From an uncultured Gammaproteobacteria bacterium (GTDB lineage Bacteria > Patescibacteriota > Microgenomatia > UBA10105 > UBA927): a stretch of 64,000 bases of DNA. Positions 38,260 to 47,834 of the stretch are shown piece by piece. Numbering within the stretch: the first letter of the stretch is position 1; every line of letters begins with the position of its first letter. Where the stretch lies: positions 74,390 through 138,389 of the forward strand of contig CAZUOM010000001.1 in assembly GCA_964621305.1 (NCBI GenBank), given 5' to 3'. The notes beneath the pieces were generated by a model. The model was given only the letters and a program-made list of their open reading frames with translations. It was not told the origin of the DNA and did no database searches. A program made the translations under genes and the position numbers.

Positions 38260-38998
38260 GTTTTTTCGCCTCCTTGTTCAAAAGCGCTTTTCCTTCTTTA
38301 TACGCCTGGGCAAGAGTATGCGTAATTAGCTGAATGGAGCCTACGGCGTCATCATTGGCTGGAATAACATAGTCTATCCCCGTCGGATCAGAGTTGGTGT
38401 CCGCGATGGCAACGACGGGAATGCCCACACGCTTAGCCTCGCGGACGGCGGTGTCTTCTTTTTTAATATCGACGATATATAGCGCTGCCGGGACCTCTAT
38501 CAGCTTAAGGACGCCCCCGTAGTAGATTTTGATGTTTTCCAAGTAATGGGCGAGTTTGGTGCGCTCGTGTTTGGGAAATTTTTTCCATCCTCCTGCTATC
38601 AGCTCTTCGGTGAGCCGGTTGATTTTTTTGATATTCTTTTTGACTTCATCCCAGTTCGTAAGAAAGCCGCCTATCCACCGCTCGGAAAAGTAGGGGGCGC
38701 CGACAGTCGACGCCTCATCTTTCAAGACGCCTTTGGCCTGCCGCTTGGTGCCGACAAAGAGAATTTCCTTCCCTTCAGATACGAGTTTTTTAATAAACGC
38801 GATTGCTGCATCCAGTCCAGCCTTGGTTGTAGCAAGGTCTATGATATGGATGCCCTCTTTTTCCGTATAGATATAGCCTTTAGCTTTCGGGTGCCACCGC
38901 TCGGACTTGTGGCCAAAGTGACAGCCAGCTTCCAGTAGTGCTTGGAGTGTTATTTCTTCCATAAAATTAGGCGCTGATACACCCAGCGCCTGCTGCAT
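38243..38998 (-). CDS. rpsB: 30S ribosomal protein S2
   Basis: LLEAGCHFGH and VGTKRQ S2 motifs; start taken at the internal Met (the ORF track extends to 39103). Confidence 0.85.
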   Translation of the reverse strand: MQQALGVSAPNFMEEITLQALLEAGCHFGHKSERWHPKAKGYIYTEKEGIHIIDLATTKAGLDAAIAFIKKLVSEGKEILFVGTKRQAKGVLKDEASTVGAPYFSERWIGGFLTNWDEVKKNIKKINRLTEELIAGGWKKFPKHERTKLAHYLENIKIYYGGVLKLIEVPAALYIVDIKKEDTAVREAKRVGIPVVAIADTNSDPTGIDYVIPANDDAVGSIQLITHTLAQAYKEGKALLNKEAKKHATKS

Positions 38999-39095
38999 GT
39001 ATCTCTTTTCTCTTTCACCCAACTTGCCCTTCGTCGCTTCGCTCCTCTGGGAGAGATACATGTCCAGTGTGCAGAATGCATAAAGTATATCATGC

Positions 39096-39839
39096 TCACT
39101 CATCGATCACAAGCCCATTCTTTACACGCTCGGCAAGGTCGATATAGACATAAAAGGCCGGGATAGCTCGTCTTTCTGAAATCAGCCCCTTTGATACCTT
39201 CCCTGCGGCTTCCAATTCTCCGAAACGCAGCCAAGAAACTCTATAGAACAACTGAAGCATGGGGACTTTCCCGCGAGGATTAACAAGCGCAAAAAAGGCC
39301 AGGCTGTTAAAACGCGTCTCTCTGCCAAAACGCAGTCGGAAATACGTTTTAAGAAGTCCTTCACCTATCTGCTGATTTTTCAAGGATTCCCCAGTTGATG
39401 GAAGCAGCGGCAGGCGAACGATGCTGTGAATGTAATCCGTGTGCTTGCCTGGCAGACGCCCGCAATTGCCATCAGCAAAAATTATTTCATCTTTTCGAAT
39501 ATGATATTTCTTGCCCGGCAACGCACTCAGGTATCCGACAGCTTCGTATGGCTTGGTTTTGGTAATTGCAAAAAGAAGCAGTGCGCCTTTTGTGAAAAGG
39601 ATCCGCGCGATATCCCCTACGTCGTCGCTTTTCCCCGGACCATATTCATGTTCCATGACTCTGTTTTCGAGCTCGTTGTGAATATAGGTACTTATATCGA
39701 GAATGTCTTGCTTGGTACATTGTTCGAGCTGAACGCGAACGTATTCGATATTCTCACCTACTCGTAGTACCTCTGCGTGTGGCCGCTCCCGCGACACTTG
39801 ATCAGGTGAAGCAGCTGGTTTGCCGTCTGTTTCTAACAT
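39096..39839 (-). CDS. hypothetical protein
   Basis: ORF only. Confidence 0.4.
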   Translation of the reverse strand: MLETDGKPAASPDQVSRERPHAEVLRVGENIEYVRVQLEQCTKQDILDISTYIHNELENRVMEHEYGPGKSDDVGDIARILFTKGALLLFAITKTKPYEAVGYLSALPGKKYHIRKDEIIFADGNCGRLPGKHTDYIHSIVRLPLLPSTGESLKNQQIGEGLLKTYFRLRFGRETRFNSLAFFALVNPRGKVPMLQLFYRVSWLRFGELEAAGKVSKGLISERRAIPAFYVYIDLAERVKNGLVIDE

Positions 39840-39843
39840 CAGA

Positions 39844-41172
39844 TCATTGGGGGGCAGGGAAACGGGAGCTGAGGGCGATAACCTCGCGCTTAGTGGATTG
39901 AATCAGTTGGTTTTGTTGAAGCTCGTGGTGAATGTTTTTGAGGAAGGCAACACGTTTGGCTTTGTCTTCTGGGAGTTTTCGATTAGCAACTTCCTCAATG
40001 ACAGCCACCATCCACTTACCAATTTTTCCCATCTCATTCTCCTTCATGCCGCGCGTGGTGATGGCTGGTGTCCCCAGTCGGATGCCTGATGGATACATGG
40101 AAGATCCTGTTTCAAACGGGACGGTATTGCGGTTAACGATAATGTTGGCGTACTCCAGTGCCCACCCCACAACCCACGCTGAAGCGCCGATACTTCTCAA
40201 GTCTAAAAGAACGAGGTGTTTATCGGTTGAGCCGCTGACGACGTCCAGGCCTTCTTTTAGGAGAATTTTTGCAAGGACTTGGGCATTTTTGACAACTTGC
40301 TTGGCATAGGTCGTAAACGACGGCGACATCGCTTCTTTGAGCGCAACCGCAATGCCGGCAATAGTATGCTCATGCGGTCCACCCTGGATGCCGGGGAAAA
40401 CAGATTGATTAATCCCTTCAATTAAATTATTCCGCGCAAGAATGATTGCTCCGCGGGGTCCCCGCAAGGTCTTATGTGTTGTCATCATTGCGACATCTGC
40501 ATGTGGAAAAGGCGATGCGTTGACCCCAGCTGCAATAAGCCCGGCCTCGTGAGCAACATCGGCCATATAGAGCGCACCCACAGCATGAGCGATTTCCCCC
40601 ATCCGTTTATGATTAATTTCCCGCGGATATGCCGTGCCGCCGGAGATAAGGAGTTTGGGTTTTACGTGCTGGGCGAGTTCTTCCAGGGCATCGTAATCAA
40701 ACACGCGCGTTTTTTTATCGACGTTATAAAAAAAGATCTGCCAAAACTTGGAAACGATGGTTACTTTTTTATTGGGCAGCTCCCATCCGTGCGAGAGGTG
40801 TCCGCCATCGGGAAGATACATGGACATAATCCGATCGCCGGGCTCAAGGATGGCATTATAAATTGCCAGATTTGCCGGACTGCCGGAAAGGGCCTGAACA
40901 TTGACTCCCCATTCTTTTTCATCAAGTTTAAATAACTTAAGCGCCCGCTTCTTGCACAGTCCTTCCACCTCATCGATGACCCAATTCCCTTGATAGTAGC
41001 GCTTGCCCACCTGCCCCTCGGCATATTTGTTCATGAGGACCGACCCCACCGCCTCCCGCACCGCAGCCGACGCATAATTTTCACTCGGAATCATCTCGAG
41101 GACGTTTTTTTGACGCACGGATTCCTGACGAATCAGAGACGCAATCTCAGGGTCAGTTTTTTGAATTTTCAT
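39844..41172 (-). CDS. glyA: serine hydroxymethyltransferase
   Basis: PLP-lysine [10 protein letters not shown] region and overall SHMT pattern. Confidence 0.9.
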   Translation of the reverse strand: MKIQKTDPEIASLIRQESVRQKNVLEMIPSENYASAAVREAVGSVLMNKYAEGQVGKRYYQGNWVIDEVEGLCKKRALKLFKLDEKEWGVNVQALSGSPANLAIYNAILEPGDRIMSMYLPDGGHLSHGWELPNKKVTIVSKFWQIFFYNVDKKTRVFDYDALEELAQHVKPKLLISGGTAYPREINHKRMGEIAHAVGALYMADVAHEAGLIAAGVNASPFPHADVAMMTTHKTLRGPRGAIILARNNLIEGINQSVFPGIQGGPHEHTIAGIAVALKEAMSPSFTTYAKQVVKNAQVLAKILLKEGLDVVSGSTDKHLVLLDLRSIGASAWVVGWALEYANIIVNRNTVPFETGSSMYPSGIRLGTPAITTRGMKENEMGKIGKWMVAVIEEVANRKLPEDKAKRVAFLKNIHHELQQNQLIQSTKREVIALSSRFPAPQ

Positions 41173-41196
41173 GAGGCAATGGTACACCAAATGCTA

Positions 41197-41991
41197 CTAT
41201 TTTACCAAATCGGCGTAGGCGGCGGCAAAAAGAGAAAAAATGTGGAGGGGTGAGGCACCTTGTGCTCGATACGCTGCATCGATGCCGGTTAACTCCCTGC
41301 CGCTTGCATCAGTAACCACAAGTTGGCCTTCACGAATGGCTCGCTCCGTGGGAAATCCATGAGCAATATGACCATGATCATAGAATCTATCCTCAACCGG
41401 ATACATGCTTTGTCTCACAATGGTCTGACTTTTTGGATACAGGCAGACCATATCTGTCTGGGTATACATAACGGCACGATATGCATGGCAAACTAAAAGC
41501 GCATATCCAGAATGAGCCGAATGCATTGCCTCTCTGCGTGCCGCTCTCTCCCATTCATCTACAAACAGCGCCATCCTATCAGGAGAGTCCGGCTTCCCTT
41601 TCAGTATTCCATCTTCTCCTCTATTTTCACAATCTGCAGCAAAGATAAATGTATATCTGCCGTCGCGCCGATCAGTATAGCCGTCGGCGGTTAGCCTATC
41701 CAAAACATGCAGCGCTTTATGTTGGGCTACAACGACTGGTTCAAAATCCGGTTCAACCGGCATACTTTTGGTAACAATGCACTCGCATTCCAATCCTAGT
41801 GCCGGGCGGATGCTTTTCAATGCAGCAAGTCGCACCGGTGTAAGACTGGCAACCATAATTTTCATATCTGCCGGCCAGTGATTTAGGCGGGTTTCACGAA
41901 GCGTTTCTCGAGTCATTGGAAAAAACAAAAAACGCCGAGAGTCTCTTTCAGCGCTTTTTACTTTTGTACACTGCCCAGACACCAGTGTCAA
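41197..41991 (-). CDS. hypothetical protein (N-terminal region weakly Maf/Ham1-like)
   Basis: weak pattern only. Confidence 0.35.
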   Translation of the reverse strand: MTLVSGQCTKVKSAERDSRRFLFFPMTRETLRETRLNHWPADMKIMVASLTPVRLAALKSIRPALGLECECIVTKSMPVEPDFEPVVVAQHKALHVLDRLTADGYTDRRDGRYTFIFAADCENRGEDGILKGKPDSPDRMALFVDEWERAARREAMHSAHSGYALLVCHAYRAVMYTQTDMVCLYPKSQTIVRQSMYPVEDRFYDHGHIAHGFPTERAIREGQLVVTDASGRELTGIDAAYRAQGASPLHIFSLFAAAYADLVK

Positions 41992-42071
41992 GAGCCATAA
42001 TCGGGTCGCCTTAGGATTTTTTCGTAGGCCGCATGGCGGAGGAGGTAAATGGTGGTCGGAATCATGAGCAA

Positions 42072-42797
42072 TTAATATCTCTCGTGATGAGTTCCGTGGG
42101 GTCGTTCACGCATCAGGCGCACATATGTTTCGTTAACACGCTCAATATCAATCAAAAATTGTGATAGATCATCATGATCATTATCAATGTGGACAAATTG
42201 AATGCCCAACTCTCTTAGTTTATCTCCTTCATCGCGTAATTCTCCCCCATCAGGGAAATATCGTAGAAATGTTTCTTTTCTCATGCCGTCAATCCGCCTG
42301 CCGTTTCTTCGTAAGCGTTCCTCAAGGCTTGCGTCGATTTCAACAACAAGAATGTTGTGATCGGGTTGTTTTGGAAATTTTTGAAATCGCCCCAGCAAAC
42401 TTTTTCCGCTCTGAAACAGTCCTTCTCTTGGTAAGTTTATTACGTCTGGCCCCGTTGCATACTCAAAAAGCATTCCCCTGCTATCCCCGTGATGCCCAGC
42501 CAGTCGCACCATGGCATCATGCACACGATTTAAAAGGATACCGTCAGTAACCTCGAAAACTTTTCTTCCAGGGGATTTGTCTCCGTCAAACAAAATACTG
42601 TGAGAGCCCTCCATCGCTCCGTCTCCTCTTATAGCGCCAGAGCTACGTACGTCTTCTACAACTGCCTCTTCAAGCAGTAAGCGATCACTTACAAGGATAG
42701 GGTCCATGCCGAGCCTTTTCATTTCATATAAAATCTTGGCGTTTGCCGTACTTTTGCAACCGCCTGGTTTCCCTATGGTCATTATCGAATAAAACAT
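42072..42797 (-). CDS. P-loop NTPase/kinase-like protein
   Basis: Walker A GKPGGCKST; no finer assignment. Confidence 0.45.
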   Translation of the reverse strand: MFYSIMTIGKPGGCKSTANAKILYEMKRLGMDPILVSDRLLLEEAVVEDVRSSGAIRGDGAMEGSHSILFDGDKSPGRKVFEVTDGILLNRVHDAMVRLAGHHGDSRGMLFEYATGPDVINLPREGLFQSGKSLLGRFQKFPKQPDHNILVVEIDASLEERLRRNGRRIDGMRKETFLRYFPDGGELRDEGDKLRELGIQFVHIDNDHDDLSQFLIDIERVNETYVRLMRERPHGTHHERY

Positions 42798-42834
42798 ACG
42801 GGTAAGTTAGGCAGATAAAATATTTTTTTCTGCA

Positions 42835-43425
42835 TCATCCCTTATAAATTTTGTGGCAGGAAAAACAGACAGCTATGTATTGGGCTTTTTCGCGGCCGGT
42901 CGTACCGATTGAAACTTCCGTCCCTCCGGCAACCCGCTCCGTGTGTGCGGCTTTGCCGCCGCATTTAACGCAGATGCTGTATTGCTCGATGCACTCGTCA
43001 GCTAAACCCATAAGGGCTTTGGTGGGGCCATATTCTTGTTTGCGATAATTGTAGATAAGTCCGTTGACGTAGACATCAATCACTTGCGTAAGCAGTTTCT
43101 CTACCACTGCCAAAAACTTTTCTTTTGGGAAAAAGTGCACCGCATCGATAATAACTTTTTTGATCCCATCTTTTCCCACATACTGAAGGATTTTTTCCGG
43201 CTGGTCCATGCCTATGTAAATAACCGGAAGCGGCCGCTCGTCATGAGATTTCGTGTGTCCCATGCCGCCGTTGCTCTTGGCTTCTGCTTTAAAACACAGA
43301 ATGCTGTAGCCCAGATCGGAAAGGACGGAAAAAAGAGTAAGGAGTTTAGTGGTTTTGCCGGCAAACATTGGGCCGGCGATGACGGTGAGCTTGCCCCGGG
43401 ATGATTTCGAGCGCTTTTTAGCCAT
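42835..43425 (-). CDS. tdk: thymidine kinase
   Basis: GPMFAGKTT P-loop and C-terminal Zn ribbon (CVKCG...CFSCH). Confidence 0.85.
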   Translation of the reverse strand: MAKKRSKSSRGKLTVIAGPMFAGKTTKLLTLFSVLSDLGYSILCFKAEAKSNGGMGHTKSHDERPLPVIYIGMDQPEKILQYVGKDGIKKVIIDAVHFFPKEKFLAVVEKLLTQVIDVYVNGLIYNYRKQEYGPTKALMGLADECIEQYSICVKCGGKAAHTERVAGGTEVSIGTTGREKAQYIAVCFSCHKIYKG

Positions 43426-44056
43426 TGCTTTTTGGCAGTTTATCTTGCACAACGGTCCAAATGTTTGCAGCAACCACCTCAATGGTGTTTCCGGCGTTTA
43501 TGACAACATAGCGATTTGGGTCACGTTTTGCAAGAGCCAAAAAACCCTCTCGCACGCGCTGGTAAAAGTCATGCTGCTGCAGATCCAACCGGTCGCTGGG
43601 CTTTCTGGATTTGGCCCGGCGCTTGGCGCCGATCTCGGGTGAAATATCCAAAAGAATCGTCAAATCCGGCTTTGCGCCGTTTACGGCAAGGGCATTGAGT
43701 CCGCTCACCACATCAACCCCCAGTTTTCTTCCGTAACCCTGATAGGCCAAACTGGAATCAACAAACCGATCACACACAACCATTTTGCCCGATTCCAGTG
43801 CCGGGGTGATGATTTGCCGCACATGCTGGGCTCGGGATGCGGCCATAAGATACGCCTCTGTAACTGGATCAAGATCAACGTTTTCTTGACTGTGTGTGAT
43901 GGCGCGGATCTGCTCTCCGATCCGGGTGCCGCCGGGTTCGCGGGTGACTACGACAGAATATCCTTCTTCATGCAAGTGGCTGACGAGAATTTCTACCTGA
44001 ATGGACTTGCCTGCGCCTTCCCCGCCCTCAAATGTAATAATAAATCCTTTCTTCAT
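43418..44056 (-). CDS. tmk: thymidylate kinase
   Basis: FEGGEGAGKS P-loop, DRF motif. Confidence 0.85.
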   Translation of the reverse strand: MKKGFIITFEGGEGAGKSIQVEILVSHLHEEGYSVVVTREPGGTRIGEQIRAITHSQENVDLDPVTEAYLMAASRAQHVRQIITPALESGKMVVCDRFVDSSLAYQGYGRKLGVDVVSGLNALAVNGAKPDLTILLDISPEIGAKRRAKSRKPSDRLDLQQHDFYQRVREGFLALAKRDPNRYVVINAGNTIEVVAANIWTVVQDKLPKSNG

Positions 44057-44057
44057 T

Positions 44058-44651
44058 TCAGTTTAAAAATTTTACTATCTCATAATGGACGCGGTCAATG
44101 CTCCCGGAGGCATCAATGGTGACATGAGGAATTTTTGTTAATACTTCTTTATATCGTTTCTGCATCAATAAGAGAAGCTCCCGTGTTTCAAATGTGCCCA
44201 TCGGCTCGCCGGTTTTTTGGTGGCGGTCAACGGCTCGGGCGTAGGCCATGGCAGGGTCAATATCAAAATAAAAAAGATAATCCGGCGTTGGCTCAAAACG
44301 GAAGAATTCTTTTTCCAAGTGCGTACGTTCCCCGTATGTTTTTGCCTGATAAACCAAGGCACTCACCCAGTTACGCAGACTAATAACCCACTCTCCATTA
44401 CTAAGAGCAGGCTCAATGATCTGTTTTACCATATTATAACGATCAGCAAGAAGAAAGTATGCTTCGGAAACGTTATCGATGTGCCGATTTTTTCGCCAGA
44501 CAATAAGAATTTCCTTCAACTGCGGCGATGGATGATATACGATGCGAGAAGAAATGCCTCTTTTGTTAAAATATTTGTTCAACAGAGTCGCTTGGGTTTC
44601 CTTCCCGGTGCCACTGATTCCTTCAAAAACAATGAGTTTGCCGCGTTTCAT
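44058..44651 (-). CDS. second thymidylate-kinase-family (d)NMP kinase paralog
   Basis: FEGISGTGK P-loop, DRY motif; diverged from the adjacent tmk. Confidence 0.7.
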   Translation of the reverse strand: MKRGKLIVFEGISGTGKETQATLLNKYFNKRGISSRIVYHPSPQLKEILIVWRKNRHIDNVSEAYFLLADRYNMVKQIIEPALSNGEWVISLRNWVSALVYQAKTYGERTHLEKEFFRFEPTPDYLFYFDIDPAMAYARAVDRHQKTGEPMGTFETRELLLLMQKRYKEVLTKIPHVTIDASGSIDRVHYEIVKFLN

Positions 44652-45292
44652 AACAATATGTTGGCTACATCGTAAACCGTCGGCAACGTGGCGTCAGCAA
44701 TAACTGAACTGGTATCAGACCAAACGAGACAGGTTTTCATACCGAGCTTTTTGGCCGGGGCTAGGTCAACAGCTTCCCGGTCGCCAATCATGAGGTGGTC
44801 GGCCGGCGGCAACTTGGTTTTACTTAGTATGTAACGGAAACCTGCCTCACTTGGCTTGGTTACTCTCACGGTTTCACTCGTCACCATCTCCTCAAACGTT
44901 TCCGGTGGAACACCAAGCATAACAAGTGTTTCTTTGTGGCGAGCAATCATGCCATTGGCAAGGGTAAAATGACGAAAGTTTTTAAGCTTTTGGAAAAGCT
45001 CGATGAGTTTCTCGTCGCGTTTGAGATATTTGCGGCGATCAAAATACTGTTCCATCTCAACCGCCGCTTGGGCAATCGTGACCCCACTTAAAACCGCTGC
45101 GGTTTCTGTAGCACTGACGTACCGCACTTTATATAGTTTTGTAAATTCCTCAACGGTTTTTTCACGCGGCCAACCGGTATGATTCATTATCGTCTGATAC
45201 TCAGCCTCCCGCACAGCAAGCCACAACTCCGGTATGGGCTTATAGAGCGTCCCATCAAAATCCCAAATCAAAACCTTAACACTTAAAAACAT
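44648..45292 (-). CDS. HAD-superfamily hydrolase
   Basis: DFDGTL motif I and later HAD motifs. Confidence 0.75.
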   Translation of the reverse strand: MFLSVKVLIWDFDGTLYKPIPELWLAVREAEYQTIMNHTGWPREKTVEEFTKLYKVRYVSATETAAVLSGVTIAQAAVEMEQYFDRRKYLKRDEKLIELFQKLKNFRHFTLANGMIARHKETLVMLGVPPETFEEMVTSETVRVTKPSEAGFRYILSKTKLPPADHLMIGDREAVDLAPAKKLGMKTCLVWSDTSSVIADATLPTVYDVANILL

Positions 45293-45383
45293 AATGAAAA
45301 CTGATTAAGCGCTAATGAATGATTTCTGCGCTATATTCGAGCATTCTTGTTGTTAGTCCGGCGATAAATTCTTTTCGATCAGT

Positions 45384-45418
45384 CATTTTACATTTTACAG
45401 TTTACAGTTTTAATTTTG
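45384..45418. repeat. intergenic tandem heptamers (ACATTTT/ACAGTTT)x5
   Basis: seen directly between the dNK stop and the HAD start. Confidence 0.7.
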
Positions 45419-45421
45419 TTT

Positions 45422-45937
45422 TTACTTTATCAATGAGTTCTTTCTGCGCTTTTTTGCTCGTAACGATATTGAGACCATCGGTATTTTCTTCTCGTATCCG
45501 CGACCCCGTTTCCCAATACGGTCGCTTATGGTTGTAAGAGTTGTCTCCAAGTAAACAATCAGGTCCGGCGGGGTAAAATAGAGCTCAAGTGATTTGTATA
45601 TTTTCTGATATAGTCTCCATTCTGCGTCATCCATGTTTCCCAAAACGTGCTGCGCCTTGGCATATGAAAAAACGTCTTGTTGTATGGGGGTATCTTGAAT
45701 TATATTATTTTCAAGACGAGCGGCTTCAAACATCTGATTGACTTTCTCCATTAGAAAAAATGTTTGAGAATGAAATGCCCAACGTTTCATGTCCTGGTAG
45801 AACCGCGGCAAGAAAGAATTCTCCCCAAAATTTTCTTCTAAGAGACGGAAATTAAGTCCTTTGGCAAGAAGTCGTGCGGCTGTTGTTTTGCCGCTACCCA
45901 TCGTACCCATCACAGAAAGATAGACATGTTTTTTCAT
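45422..45937 (-). CDS. deoxynucleoside kinase (dCK/dGK family)
   Basis: GTMGSGKTT P-loop and ENFGENSFLPRFY substrate-lid pattern; the C-terminal ~20 aa look atypical (possible frameshift). Confidence 0.7.
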   Translation of the reverse strand: MKKHVYLSVMGTMGSGKTTAARLLAKGLNFRLLEENFGENSFLPRFYQDMKRWAFHSQTFFLMEKVNQMFEAARLENNIIQDTPIQQDVFSYAKAQHVLGNMDDAEWRLYQKIYKSLELYFTPPDLIVYLETTLTTISDRIGKRGRGYEKKIPMVSISLRAKKRRKNSLIK

Positions 45938-46015
45938 CCCTCGTTGTTCTATCACAGCACACAAAACTTGACAATGATTGTTTTAGTCTCGTAGCATAGA
46001 GAGCATTCCTTTGAT

Positions 46016-47785
46016 ATGTGCGGAATATTCGCTATTGTTAATGACTCCACTCACCACGCCGCGCAAACGACGCTCGAAGGGCTTAAACGACTCGAATACC
46101 GGGGATACGACAGTTGGGGTATTGCGGTTGTCACCAAAAAAGACGGCTCTGTAGCAGTGGAAAAGCATGTGGGGAAAATCGGCGACGCGATGACGACGCT
46201 TCCTGCCGGTAATATTGCTATCGGCCACACGCGGTGGGCTACACACGGTGGTGTAACCGATGAGAATGCGCACCCCCATTTGGATTGCACGGGGCGCCTG
46301 GTCGTCATACACAACGGAATCGTCGAAAACTATCAGGAGCTCAAGGGCGAACTTCTCAAAAAAAAGCATCGCTTCCGATCGGAAACAGACACAGAGGTTG
46401 TTGCCCACCTTATCGAAGATCGTATCAAACGGGAACCCGTTGGTCGTGCGGTTTTGAATGTTTTTAAATTGCTCGTCGGATCCAACGCCATCGGCGTTTT
46501 AGACGCTAAAACCGGCACCATTGTCGCTTGCAGGAACGGCTCGCCGTTGGTAGCCGGATTTGGTAAAGAACAATATTTTTTAGCATCCGACGTGACGCCA
46601 TTTCTCAAGTTCACCCAAAAAGTCCAGTTTCTGGCTGATGGACAGGCCGTCGTCATGACCCGTGACGGGCTTACGCTTTTGGACATCAAGACCGGAAAAG
46701 AAAAAAAACTCGCCTTGCAACACTTGGATTGGAAGCTGGAGGATGCACAAAAAGGCGGCTACCCACACTTTATGCTCAAAGAGATCATGGAACAGGTAAA
46801 AACCGTGCCAAAAACAGCGCTCATCAACCGCAACGAAATGGAAAAAATTGCCTCCCGCATCCGAAAAAATTCCCGCGTCGTCTTGATCGCCTGCGGCACG
46901 GCATCCTATTGTGCACTTGCTTCAACCTATTTTTTCTCGCAGGTTGGAATCGAATCAAAATCGTACGGCGCATACGAGTACATGCCATTCACACAGTTTG
47001 TTGATAGTGAAACGATCGTCTTTGCCATTTCCCAAAGCGGAGAAACAGCTGATACGCTCATTGCCGCCCGCGCCGCAAAAGCAAAAGGGGCGTTTCTTGT
47101 GGCTGTTGTTAATGCGCGCGGCTCAACTCTCGAGCGGATGGCAGACACGGTGCTGCCGGTTGGTGCCGGACCGGAGATTGCCGTCGTTTCCACCAAAGCA
47201 TTTACCTCGCAGCTTTCTACCATGTATTTGGTCAGCCGGATGTGCGCCGGCAGATACACGCAAGCCGTCAAAGAGGTGAGTACGTTGGGCAAGGCGCTCG
47301 AGAACTGGCAGATGAAAAAATTGCAGCGTAAAGCTGTCGCGCTTGCCAAACAACTCATCGATGAGAAAGACATGTATATTATAGGAAAGCATCTTTCCTA
47401 TCCGGCAGGACTTGAGTTCGCGCTTAAAATAAAGGAGACAAGCTATATCCACTCCGAACCGTTTGCTTCAGGAGAGCTAAAACACGGGGTCATCACTCTC
47501 ATCCAAAAAGGGACGCCGTGTTTTTCAATAGGAGCTAACGATGAAACGAAAATGGAACTGTTATCTAGTGCGGCTGAACTTGCTGCACGCGGCGGAAAAA
47601 TAATCGGAATTGCTCCGTTTTCGTCACCTGAATTTGACGTACACATCAAGACACCAGACGTAGGACCGTTAACCATTATTCCCAACGTCATCGTCGGCCA
47701 GCTATTGGGCTACTATCTAGGCATCGGTCGCGGCACCGACCCAGACAAGCCGCGCAATCTTGCCAAAAGCGTTACGGTGAAATAG
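46016..47785 (+). CDS. glmS: glutamine--fructose-6-phosphate aminotransferase
   Basis: N-terminal MCGI nucleophile, two SIS domains, C-terminal KSVTVK. Confidence 0.9.
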   Translation: MCGIFAIVNDSTHHAAQTTLEGLKRLEYRGYDSWGIAVVTKKDGSVAVEKHVGKIGDAMTTLPAGNIAIGHTRWATHGGVTDENAHPHLDCTGRLVVIHNGIVENYQELKGELLKKKHRFRSETDTEVVAHLIEDRIKREPVGRAVLNVFKLLVGSNAIGVLDAKTGTIVACRNGSPLVAGFGKEQYFLASDVTPFLKFTQKVQFLADGQAVVMTRDGLTLLDIKTGKEKKLALQHLDWKLEDAQKGGYPHFMLKEIMEQVKTVPKTALINRNEMEKIASRIRKNSRVVLIACGTASYCALASTYFFSQVGIESKSYGAYEYMPFTQFVDSETIVFAISQSGETADTLIAARAAKAKGAFLVAVVNARGSTLERMADTVLPVGAGPEIAVVSTKAFTSQLSTMYLVSRMCAGRYTQAVKEVSTLGKALENWQMKKLQRKAVALAKQLIDEKDMYIIGKHLSYPAGLEFALKIKETSYIHSEPFASGELKHGVITLIQKGTPCFSIGANDETKMELLSSAAELAARGGKIIGIAPFSSPEFDVHIKTPDVGPLTIIPNVIVGQLLGYYLGIGRGTDPDKPRNLAKSVTVK

Positions 47786-47792
47786 ATAAAAA

Positions 47793-47830
47793 TTAGGTGC
47801 CAAGCTAATTCACCTGCCAGGTGGACAACC
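47793..47830 (+). repeat. REP-like palindromic element (copy B)
   Basis: TTAGGTGCCAAGCTAATTCACCTGcCAGGTGGACAACC; same core as the copies flanking the RAYT gene. Confidence 0.5.
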
Positions 47831-47834
47831 ACAA